Positions 15,650 to 23,657 of a DNA stretch of 32,000 nucleotides are shown one piece after another. The position numbers and the translations under genes were made by a program. The DNA is from an uncultured Alphaproteobacteria bacterium (GTDB lineage: Bacteria; Pseudomonadota; Alphaproteobacteria; Rs-D84). The first letter of the stretch is position 1; each line of letters opens with the position of its first letter. The notes beneath the pieces were generated by a model that was not told the DNA's origin, made no database searches, and was given only the letters and a program-made list of their open reading frames with translations. The DNA lies in contig OZ007020.1 in assembly GCA_963931495.1 (NCBI GenBank), positions 300,001 through 332,000 of the forward strand. The letters run 5' to 3'.

Positions 15650-15670
15650 GTTGCAAAATGGGGGTTAAAG

Positions 15671-16234
15671 ATGAAAAAGATATTTTTAGCCATTGTCGCG
15701 TGCATGATCTGCAACGTTGGTTGGGGTGTACCAACTTGTGAACCCGGACAGTGTGGTAAAGGAACTTGGGTGCTAGATGATGATAATCCTTATAACCCAT
15801 ACTGTCAGGTTTGCCCAGCCAACACATATCAAGATGGCTGTATTAATCCTGGTGAAGAGTGTACCCCATGTCCCGCGGGGACCGTCACGATTGGCGATAC
15901 GGCGGCCGATCACGACAGTATTGATGACTGTATTCCGATTGTATCTTGTTCACCGGGATATTACTTACCGGCAGATAGCACTTCTTGCACACAATGTCCG
16001 AAAAATTCATATTGTCCCGGTGGGACGTTTACAGAAACGACATCTGATTCTGGGATAACACAATGTCCCGATAATATGTATTCACCACTGGGGTCAGATA
16101 GTGCGGATGATTGTGGGCGCGTGTTACATATTGGCGAATATATTTTATATCTGCGCACGGCAAAACTGACCGTGCCATCACTGAATGTCCAGATTGGCAA
16201 CACGATATATTACGGTGATATGTTCCCCGCGTAA
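15671..16234 (+). CDS. Secreted cysteine-rich protein with eukaryote-type GCC2/GCC3 (ephrin-receptor-like) repeats
   Basis: Start taken at the ATG at 15671 (SD GGGGG). Signal peptide MKKIFLAIVACMICNVGWG. Repeats: CQVCPANTYQDG...CTPCPAGTVTIGDTAADHDSIDDC, CSPGYYLPADSTSCTQCPKNSYCPGG and TQCPDNMYSPLGSDSADDCG, matching C..CP.gtY......C..CP.G......G......dC. The track's 15611 start adds 20 unlikely residues. Confidence 0.75.
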   Translation: MKKIFLAIVACMICNVGWGVPTCEPGQCGKGTWVLDDDNPYNPYCQVCPANTYQDGCINPGEECTPCPAGTVTIGDTAADHDSIDDCIPIVSCSPGYYLPADSTSCTQCPKNSYCPGGTFTETTSDSGITQCPDNMYSPLGSDSADDCGRVLHIGEYILYLRTAKLTVPSLNVQIGNTIYYGDMFPA

Positions 16235-16245
16235 CTGTATGCGAT

Positions 16246-16268
16246 AAAAAGCGCGCCATTTGGCGCGC
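16246..16268 (-). terminator. Rho-independent terminator for dksA (the hairpin may also serve the convergent + strand gene)
   Basis: GCGCGCC (16251-16257) / ATTT / GGCGCGC (16262-16268). The A5 run at 16246-16250 gives a U-tail on the minus strand. Confidence 0.65.
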
Positions 16269-16295
16269 ACCTTTGCAAATAACGAAACGTGTATA

Positions 16296-16724
16296 TTATT
16301 TTCGTTTTTCGTATTCTTCTTGTTCTTCAACTGTCATTGTGGCCAACGGACGTGCCAGCATGCGTGACAGGCCGATTTCTGTGCCGGATACGACACTGTA
16401 TCCATATGTGCCATTTTCAATGCGTTCCAGTGCCGCATTGATTTTTTTCAGTAAATTATTATCACGTTCAGACATGCGCAAATTCATTGTGATATCTTGT
16501 TCCAATGATGCGTTATCTGTTTCATCACCGACGCCGTCCGATTCGTTTTTATCGGCCGAACGAACCGCGCTTAATACAGACGCAGATTCGTGCATTAATT
16601 CGTCCTTTTGTGCGCTTAACAGTTGGTAAAAGTATGCCAATTGCTGGTCACACATATATGGTTCAGACTTTTTCGGTACATATTTTGCCGGTAATTCAAT
16701 GTTTTTATAGTTCTGTGTTGCCAT
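16296..16724 (-). CDS. dksA: RNA polymerase-binding transcription factor DksA, cysteine-free (zinc-independent) variant
   Basis: Coiled-coil tip DETDNA (DxxDxA). The C-terminal ERIENGTYGYSVVSGTEIGLSRMLARPLATMTVEEQ aligns with the E. coli segment [31 protein letters not shown]. Confidence 0.88.
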   Translation of the reverse strand: MATQNYKNIELPAKYVPKKSEPYMCDQQLAYFYQLLSAQKDELMHESASVLSAVRSADKNESDGVGDETDNASLEQDITMNLRMSERDNNLLKKINAALERIENGTYGYSVVSGTEIGLSRMLARPLATMTVEEQEEYEKRK

Positions 16725-16725
16725 T

Positions 16726-17046
16726 TTATGAACCTTTGATTTCGCGTATCCAATTTATTAATGTTTCTTCATCCATCAGGCCTGTGCGCGCTTCAACCAA
16801 TTCACCATTGCGAAATGCCAGTACGCTGGGGATGCTGCGTATTCCGAATTTTGCCGGTGTGCGGCGATTTGATTCGTCAATTTCAAATTTTACAAAATTT
16901 ACGTCTGGAACCGTGTCAGATACTGATTCAAATATTGGGCCAAACATACGACATGGTCCGCACCATGGGGCCCAAAAGTCAACCAATGTCACACCAGAAC
17001 CAACCATAGTTTCAAATGTTGAATCATTTGCATGTTGTAATGACAT
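16726..17046 (-). CDS. trxA: Thioredoxin
   Basis: 106 aa with the active site WAPWCGPC and typical thioredoxin length and flanks (LVDFWAPWCGPCRM...IRSIPSVLAFRNGE). Confidence 0.92.
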   Translation of the reverse strand: MSLQHANDSTFETMVGSGVTLVDFWAPWCGPCRMFGPIFESVSDTVPDVNFVKFEIDESNRRTPAKFGIRSIPSVLAFRNGELVEARTGLMDEETLINWIREIKGS

Positions 17047-17064
17047 CTTTTCCTCCCTTGGTGG

Positions 17065-17092
17065 TTGATATTTTTCACGAGTGTATTATAAT
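17065..17092 (+). promoter_or_regulatory. Candidate sigma70-type promoter for the suf cluster
   Basis: -35 TTGATA (17065-17070), a 16-nt spacer, then -10 TATAAT (17087-17092), in the 75-bp divergent spacer between trxA and the cysteine desulfurase gene. Confidence 0.45.
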
Positions 17093-17121
17093 CGCCAAAA
17101 AAAGCAAGAAGAAATCATAAA

Positions 17122-18231
17122 ATGAATAATATCATATACTTAGATGCCGCCGCCAGTGCATTAAAGTCTGAATCAGTGATTCAGCGCCAGGTGGGTTTTT
17201 TAACAAATGAATATGCTAATGCTGGGCGGGGGATATGTGCGCGTGCCGCGGCTGTTGATTCGTCGGTTGCCGATGTCCGTGCAAAAATTGCGAAATTCAT
17301 TAATGCGCCCGGTCCAGACAATATTATATTTACATCGGGGACAACAGATGGATTGAACCGTGTGGTGCATTTAGTGTGCAAAATGGATGAATTTGCAAAT
17401 CGCAGTATTACAGTCGCAGTGTCTGATATTGATCACCACAGTGCGCGTATGCCGTGGATTGCATCGGGGGCAAATATTGTTTTATGTCCGATGGACGAAT
17501 CTTGGGCGTATGATGTGTCGCAAATTCCGGTCGCAGACGTTTTTGTTATCACGGCGATGTCTAATGTTATGGGAATGCGGCAAAATGTATCAGAACTGAT
17601 TAATGCGGCGCGAAAAAAGAATCCGAATGTAATTACAGTTGTTGATGCGGCGCAATATGTTGTACACGCGGATATTAATGCATCAGAATGGGGGGCGGAT
17701 TTTATTTGTTTTTCGGGGCACAAAATCGGTGCAGATACCGGGGTTGGCGTTATGTATATCAAAAATCCAGAACGATTTACCCCGGATAAATTTGGCGGTG
17801 GTATGGTGGTAAAAATTACAGGTGATACATCGTGGATGTTGGAAAATGCGCCTGGAAAATTTGAGGCCGGTACAATGCCATTGACCCAGATTATTGGAAT
17901 GGGGGTTGCGATTAATTATTGGAAAGCGAATCGCCCAGATACAAATCTGATAGAATATATGCATGATAAATTATCAGAAAACCCGAACGTGCACGTGATA
18001 ACACAACGTGACGCAGCGCTGTTGACGTTTTATCCGAAAAATATGCATGTCTTGGATTTTGGGGCCATGGTTGGTGCGCGTGGTGTTTGTTTGCGGGTTG
18101 GAAATATGTGTGCAGGATGGCTGCATAATGCGATGAAAATCCCAGGAACCGCGCGGATATCGGTCGGGCCATGGAATACGATGGATGATGCCCAGAATGC
18201 AATTAAAATAATAAATGATATTGTTAAATAA
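17122..18231 (+). CDS. sufS: Cysteine desulfurase (class V aminotransferase, SufS/CsdA-like, short form)
   Basis: IYLDAAASALK, PLP-lysine context FSGHKIGADTGVGVMY and catalytic-Cys context LRVGNMCAGW (canonical SufS has R.GHHCA). 369 aa. Confidence 0.82.
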   Translation: MNNIIYLDAAASALKSESVIQRQVGFLTNEYANAGRGICARAAAVDSSVADVRAKIAKFINAPGPDNIIFTSGTTDGLNRVVHLVCKMDEFANRSITVAVSDIDHHSARMPWIASGANIVLCPMDESWAYDVSQIPVADVFVITAMSNVMGMRQNVSELINAARKKNPNVITVVDAAQYVVHADINASEWGADFICFSGHKIGADTGVGVMYIKNPERFTPDKFGGGMVVKITGDTSWMLENAPGKFEAGTMPLTQIIGMGVAINYWKANRPDTNLIEYMHDKLSENPNVHVITQRDAALLTFYPKNMHVLDFGAMVGARGVCLRVGNMCAGWLHNAMKIPGTARISVGPWNTMDDAQNAIKIINDIVK

Positions 18232-18232
18232 A

Positions 18233-18547
18233 ATGACGCCAACAAAAGAAAATATTATTGAAGCACTGCGGACAGTATATGACCCAGAAATACCAGTAAA
18301 TATATGGGATTTGGGATTAATATACGATATCGTAATACATCCAGATAAAATTGTTATCACAATGACGTTTACCAGTCCAACATGCCCGATGATGGAAGAT
18401 TTGTTAAACCAGGTTCGGGATGCTGTGATGACTGTATCGGGTGGGCGCGATGTTATTATTGATTTAGTATGGGATCCACCGTGGGATTTATCACGTATGT
18501 CGGATGCGGCGCGTTTAGAACTGGATTTAACAGAGCAGGGATGGTGA
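18233..18547 (+). CDS. sufT: Fe-S cluster assembly protein SufT (DUF59/MIP18 family)
   Basis: MTPTKENIIEALRTVYDPEIPVNIWDLGLIYDI...FTSPTCPMMEDL is the DUF59 signature (V.DPE....i.dLGli ... T...CP). I chose the ATG at 18233, 1 nt after the sufS stop. The track ORF begins at 18215, inside sufS. Confidence 0.8.
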   Translation: MTPTKENIIEALRTVYDPEIPVNIWDLGLIYDIVIHPDKIVITMTFTSPTCPMMEDLLNQVRDAVMTVSGGRDVIIDLVWDPPWDLSRMSDAARLELDLTEQGW

Positions 18548-18553
18548 TTCGCA

Positions 18554-18916
18554 ATGCAATATGCAGAAATGAAAAAAATTTTGGAATCAATTCAAGATCC
18601 TGTAATGAAAATGGAAGCAGTCATAGATTTCGGTAATGATATGCCAGATGTGCCGAATTCGGCGGTGTGTACTGAAATCCAGGGGTGTGCATCGTTTGCG
18701 GAAATATGTCGTGATGGAAATAATTTTTATGGTCGTGCCGATTCGGCACTGGTGCGTGGAATTGTTGCGATTTTGGTGGCAATGGTGAATGGCAAAAGTC
18801 CAGAGCAAATAAAACAAATGGATTTGAATGCAGAATTCGCATCGCTGAAATTAAACTTGGGCACGGGGCGATTGGGTGGTGTGAATTCTATGATTCGTTT
18901 TTTACAGAATTTGTGA
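18554..18916 (+). CDS. sufE: Cysteine desulfuration (sulfur acceptor) protein SufE
   Basis: IQGCASFAEI (the SufE active-site GC.S context), ADSALVRGIVAILVAMVNGKSPEQI and RLGGVNSMIRFLQN. Confidence 0.78.
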   Translation: MQYAEMKKILESIQDPVMKMEAVIDFGNDMPDVPNSAVCTEIQGCASFAEICRDGNNFYGRADSALVRGIVAILVAMVNGKSPEQIKQMDLNAEFASLKLNLGTGRLGGVNSMIRFLQNL

Positions 18917-18953
18917 TAATATGAATTGATACAGGTGTAATCTGGGACGCGGG

Positions 18954-19256
18954 ATGAGTGAAGAAGAAAAAATGTTTCAAATCGGGTGTTGGGCACTGGT
19001 TTTAATCGCGGTTCTGACCGCGATATTACAGGTGTGTTATCGCACTCAGAAGCGTATGTTGAATAATGTTCGTGCGCAAATTGTTGAAACGCAACAGGAT
19101 ATTGCCGTTGCCCAGGCAAATTTTGCATCTTATGTGCGACCAGAAATTCTGCGCAATTTAGTAATCAGTATAACCCCAGATGCAGAACCAATCAGTTTTC
19201 ATAAAAATATTTCTGTGGATAAATTGGAAAGTAACCAGGATATATCGGCGCAATAA
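18954..19256 (+). CDS. ftsL: Cell division protein FtsL-like (small bitopic protein upstream of ftsI)
   Basis: 100 aa with a single TM (IGCWALVLIAVLTAILQV) followed by a heptad-like segment. The stop abuts the ftsI ATG (TAAATG). The call rests on architecture and position only. Confidence 0.55.
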   Translation: MSEEEKMFQIGCWALVLIAVLTAILQVCYRTQKRMLNNVRAQIVETQQDIAVAQANFASYVRPEILRNLVISITPDAEPISFHKNISVDKLESNQDISAQ

Positions 19257-20882
19257 ATGTTTGAAATAGGCAGGGATATTTTCAGTCGCGGTATCAGCGG
19301 AAATTCAAATAATAAAACCGCACGCGTACGTCTGCGGGTGGTGTATTATGTGTTGGTTGCAATGTTTGCATTATTCGCGGTGCGTACGTTATTACTGGGG
19401 ATTGAGGGTACAGACAGGTCCAGATTGGCCGGGGCCGATGGTGAATGGGTGGCGTCACGCGCAGATATTGTGGACAGAAATGGTGATATATTGGCAAAGA
19501 ATATCGTGTCTGGGCATATTATGTTGCGTCCACCATATGTAAAAAATCCAGATGCGGTTGCAAATGCAATACATAAAGCAATGCCATACGAATACCCGTT
19601 GGCCAAGGCCTTGGATTTGGTTAATTCAAACAGACGTTTTATGTATTTGAAAAAATTTGCCAGTGATGCACAGCGAAAAATTATAGAAGATGCGCGTCTG
19701 GAAGGACTAGAAATAGAATCTGTACAGACAAGAAAATATCCAAAACGCCGCTTGTTTTCGCATGCGGTTGGATTTGTCGGTGTGGATGGACATGGACTGG
19801 AAGGGGCAGAATTAATTTATGATGATTATTTGCGCGAAAATACGGATCCGTTGCGCTTGTCGTTGGATTCACGTATTCAATCTGTGTTTTACGAGCAGTT
19901 GTCATTGGCAATGCAACTATACAAGGCCAAGGGCGCAATGGGATTGTTAATGAATTCACAGACAGGTGAGATGATTGCCATGGTTTCGTTGCCTGACTTT
20001 GACCCAGAAAATATTGAACTGGATGCGGCGCGTAATCGTATGTTTATGCCACTGCGTGGTGTGTTTGATATGGGGTCTGTGTTCAAAATATTTAATACGG
20101 CGATGGCGATGGAAAATGGAATCAATAAAGAATACTATGTCGCCAAGCCGTTTGATATCCCAGATAAGTATGGACGAACCGCGGATACGATTTCTGACCA
20201 TCGCAGTTTTAAGCCGCCACGTCCGTATTTAAGCGTTGAAGAAATTATGATGTATTCTTGTAATGTTGGCAGTGCGCAAATTGCGCTGGATTTGCCAGAT
20301 GGAACCCAACAAGAATTTTTTCATCGGATTCATATGGATGAACCGTTAAGTTTGGAATTTGGTCGTACAGAACGTCCGCTGATGCCAATCAAGTGGGGGC
20401 CGGTTGAACGCGCAACTGTATCGTATGGGCATGGGATTTCTGTTACACCAATGCATTTGCTGTTGGGGGTAAATGCAATGATTAATGGCGGAATTTATAT
20501 ATATCCAACAATGTTAAAGCGTGATGTTGGCGCGGTGCGTGGCGCACGTGTGTTGGATGCAAGTATTTCAGCCAGGTTGCGGGATATTATGTATATGGTC
20601 GCCGAAGAAACCAGTGGACGCAAGGCGCGAATCGCAGGGATTCAAATCGGTGGAAAAACGGCCACCGCAGAAAAGTATGTTAATGGGCGCGTTGACCATA
20701 CCAAGAATTTAACCGCATTTGTGGGGATATTTCCCGTGTCGGCGCCACAATATACAATATTGGTTATTCTGGATGAACCCCAGGCCACACCAGCCGCATC
20801 ATACGTGCGTACGGCCGCATATAATGCCGTGCCAACAACGGGAAAAATTTTGGACAGTATACTGCCGTTGCTATTTGAATAA
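19257..20882 (+). CDS. ftsI: Peptidoglycan D,D-transpeptidase FtsI (class B PBP3)
   Basis: N-terminal TM anchor, then a transpeptidase domain with SVFK (SxxK), SCN (SxN) and GGKTATAEK in place of the third box (KTG, here KTA). Confidence 0.88.
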   Translation: MFEIGRDIFSRGISGNSNNKTARVRLRVVYYVLVAMFALFAVRTLLLGIEGTDRSRLAGADGEWVASRADIVDRNGDILAKNIVSGHIMLRPPYVKNPDAVANAIHKAMPYEYPLAKALDLVNSNRRFMYLKKFASDAQRKIIEDARLEGLEIESVQTRKYPKRRLFSHAVGFVGVDGHGLEGAELIYDDYLRENTDPLRLSLDSRIQSVFYEQLSLAMQLYKAKGAMGLLMNSQTGEMIAMVSLPDFDPENIELDAARNRMFMPLRGVFDMGSVFKIFNTAMAMENGINKEYYVAKPFDIPDKYGRTADTISDHRSFKPPRPYLSVEEIMMYSCNVGSAQIALDLPDGTQQEFFHRIHMDEPLSLEFGRTERPLMPIKWGPVERATVSYGHGISVTPMHLLLGVNAMINGGIYIYPTMLKRDVGAVRGARVLDASISARLRDIMYMVAEETSGRKARIAGIQIGGKTATAEKYVNGRVDHTKNLTAFVGIFPVSAPQYTILVILDEPQATPAASYVRTAAYNAVPTTGKILDSILPLLFE

Positions 20883-20924
20883 TTTTTGATTATAATTATC
20901 ACGATAATAAAAAAAGAGTAAATC

Positions 20925-22691
20925 GTGAAGCAAGTAGTAGAAAAGTCTATGCTGGGCCAGGCATGGGCGGTGGCGACGTATCAAGGTGAAAATTCGGGGT
21001 TATGTCAGGCAGATAATTTATTACAAACTATTTTGATGGCACGCGGTATTACCGATATGGCGGCCATGGAAAAATTCTTGAATCCCAGTATCAAGGAATA
21101 TATGCCCGATCCGTCTGGAATGCGGGATATGGATTTGGCCGCGCGGGTAATCACAGATTGTATTTTGAATAATGAAAAAATTACAATTTATGGTGACTAT
21201 GACGTTGATGGAATTACATCAACAGCGATTTTTGTAAAGTTTTTACGTGAAATGGGGTGCGATGTAACGTGGCATTTGCCAACACGCGAAGGCGAAGGAT
21301 ACGGATTAAACAAATCTGCAATTGCAGATATCGCGGCCAGTGGAACGAACCTGATAATTACTGTGGATTGCGGAATCAGCGGTCTGGAAGAGGTTGATTT
21401 TGCAAAATCAAATGGAATAAAGATTGTCGTAACTGACCATCATTCCCCAGATTCTGTGTTGCCAAATGCGGATGCGGTTGTTAATCCAAAGCGCGCAGAT
21501 GACGAATCGGGGTTATCATATTTGGCGGGTGTCGGGGTGGCGTTTTTGACATTGGTTGCCGTGCGACGTGAATTAAAGTCGCGTGATTTAAGTCAAGAAA
21601 TGCAATCGCGCATAAATAAAATTAATCTGATGAACTATTTGGATTTGGTCGCGCTGGGCACAATATGTGATACTATGCCGTTAATAGAACTGAATCGCGC
21701 ATTTGTTGCAACGGGATTAAAGATTATGGCACTGCGACAAAATCTGGGGTTGCGTACACTGATGGATGTGGCGGGAATTAAAAAGCCATCTGTATACGCG
21801 GCGGGGTTTGCGTTGGGACCACGATTGAATGCCGCGGGGCGTTTGGATTCTGCAGCGCCGGCGTTGGATTTGCTGTTAACAGATAATCCGTTGATTGCAA
21901 ATGATTTGGCACAGAAATTGCACCATATGAATCAAGAACGGATTGATATACAAAATGCAATAATGATGACCGCAGGCGAAATGGCGCAAAAATACTGTGC
22001 AGATGGACATTGCAGTTTGTTCGTTTGTGGTGATAACTGGCATGGCGGGGTTATGGGAATCATTGCCGGACGGCTGAAAGATAAATTTAATTTGCCGTCA
22101 TGTGTGGCAACGCGATGTGACGGGGTCATCAATGGTTCAGGACGTTCAATCCCAGGGATTGATTTGGGAAAAATTATACATGATGCCTTGGCCGCCGGTA
22201 TTATATCCGAAGGGGGCGGGCACGCCGCCGCCGCAGGATTTTCTTTGCCGGCTGAAAATGAATTGGCATTTTGTGATTTCTTGGAACAATCGGTTAAACA
22301 ACAACTGAACGGGCGGATGCCGTGCAAAGAAATTGTTGCAGATGCAGAAATGGATGCCGGTGGGGCGACCATGAAACTGGTGAATAAATTAAGTGCGCTG
22401 GAACCATTCGGCCAGGGTAATCCAGAACCTGTGTTGATTTTGCATGGTGCATCTGTGCGATATGCATCTGTGATGGGAAGTGGGGCGCATTTGCGTGGTT
22501 CGGTCGCAACCAGTGCAGGGAATCAATTGGCCTTTGTTGGGTTTAATCTGGTTGGAACGCCGGTTGGTGATTTTTTGCTGGACGACGCGAATGCAAACAC
22601 TAAAATAATGATGTTGGGACGTTTGAAAGAAAATGAATATAATGGCCGCGTTAATGCACAGTTCTTTCTGGAAGATATCGCAATTGGATAA
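20925..22691 (+). CDS. recJ: Single-stranded-DNA-specific exonuclease RecJ
   Basis: IYGDYDVDGITS, ITVDCGIS, VVTDHH and GGGHAAAAGFS are the DHH/DHHA1 motifs in RecJ order. GTG start. Confidence 0.92.
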   Translation: MKQVVEKSMLGQAWAVATYQGENSGLCQADNLLQTILMARGITDMAAMEKFLNPSIKEYMPDPSGMRDMDLAARVITDCILNNEKITIYGDYDVDGITSTAIFVKFLREMGCDVTWHLPTREGEGYGLNKSAIADIAASGTNLIITVDCGISGLEEVDFAKSNGIKIVVTDHHSPDSVLPNADAVVNPKRADDESGLSYLAGVGVAFLTLVAVRRELKSRDLSQEMQSRINKINLMNYLDLVALGTICDTMPLIELNRAFVATGLKIMALRQNLGLRTLMDVAGIKKPSVYAAGFALGPRLNAAGRLDSAAPALDLLLTDNPLIANDLAQKLHHMNQERIDIQNAIMMTAGEMAQKYCADGHCSLFVCGDNWHGGVMGIIAGRLKDKFNLPSCVATRCDGVINGSGRSIPGIDLGKIIHDALAAGIISEGGGHAAAAGFSLPAENELAFCDFLEQSVKQQLNGRMPCKEIVADAEMDAGGATMKLVNKLSALEPFGQGNPEPVLILHGASVRYASVMGSGAHLRGSVATSAGNQLAFVGFNLVGTPVGDFLLDDANANTKIMMLGRLKENEYNGRVNAQFFLEDIAIG

Positions 22692-22694
22692 AAT

Positions 22695-23657
22695 ATGAAA
22701 AAAAATGATGCTTTTGATATATTGGTCAGCAAAATCAAGAATGCCAAATCAATTATTATTTTTGGTCACAAGAATCTTGATGCGGATTCAATGTGTTCTG
22801 GATTGGCGTTGGCACAATTGATAAAGTTGAATTATGGCAAAGATTGTTTATGCCTGTATGATGGCAATATGCCGGACAGTTTGCATAATATACCAATGCG
22901 GGAATCTATGCGATATTATGCCAAGGTTGATATACCCGAATCTGTGGATTTGGTCTTTGTGTTGGATTATGGGACAATAAAAAATCTGGGGGCGTTATCG
23001 GAAATTTTGCCCAAATCTAAATTCAAGATAGAATTTGACCATCACAAGAATGATAATTGTGTTGGTGATTTGTGTATAAATGATGTTGCCGCATCATCTG
23101 TGGGCGAGATTATTTATACTGTTGCAGAAAAATTGGATTGGCGCCGTGACGAAACGGTTAATGATTTGATTGCGCTGTCTGTTATAACAGATACCGGATT
23201 CTTTAAGTATGCGCGGCGTGGCGTGGCGTTACGAATAATGGCAGATTTGGTTGACAGTGGTGTGAATATAGAACACTTGGCAAATTTGCTGAATAATAAA
23301 TCCAGAAAAAGTGTATTGACCGAAGCGTCGGTTGCATCACGTGCACAGTTTATGTGGCGCGGGCGGGTCGCAATTGCGGTTGTTGACAGAAGTGAATATA
23401 AAAAACTTGATGGGCGCAGTGATACGATATTAAACCTGTTGGGGCAAATACGTGGTGTGGAATATATTATTTTATTAAAGCAACAAAAAGAAAATCAGAT
23501 AAGTGTTTCTTTACGCAGTAAACTGAAACCAATTGACGAAATCGCAACGGCATTGGGGGGCGGGGGACACGCGTATGCCGCCGGCGCGGTCGTTCAAGAC
23601 AGTCTGGACAATGTTCGTGCCATGGTTCTGGATTTATTTAAGGAGATGTTAAAATGA
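22695..23657 (+). CDS. DHH/DHHA1 phosphoesterase, NrnA-like (oligoribonuclease / pAp phosphatase)
   Basis: IIIFGHKNLDADSMCSGLAL, FDHHKND and GGGGHAYAAGA. About 320 aa, typical of NrnA. It starts 3 nt after the recJ stop. Confidence 0.8.
   Translation: MKKNDAFDILVSKIKNAKSIIIFGHKNLDADSMCSGLALAQLIKLNYGKDCLCLYDGNMPDSLHNIPMRESMRYYAKVDIPESVDLVFVLDYGTIKNLGALSEILPKSKFKIEFDHHKNDNCVGDLCINDVAASSVGEIIYTVAEKLDWRRDETVNDLIALSVITDTGFFKYARRGVALRIMADLVDSGVNIEHLANLLNNKSRKSVLTEASVASRAQFMWRGRVAIAVVDRSEYKKLDGRSDTILNLLGQIRGVEYIILLKQQKENQISVSLRSKLKPIDEIATALGGGGHAYAAGAVVQDSLDNVRAMVLDLFKEMLK

Noticed and set aside
15492-15827. 111-aa minus-strand ORF spanning the non-coding region and the start of the Cys-rich gene
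   Set aside because: It has no SD and crosses the C9 tract and the terminator hairpin. It is antisense to a gene with a clear signal peptide, and its composition is not protein-like.
16505-17068. 187-aa + strand ORF across dksA and trxA
   Set aside because: It is antisense to two genes with unmistakable motifs (DksA DxxDxA and C-terminal domain; thioredoxin WCGPC).
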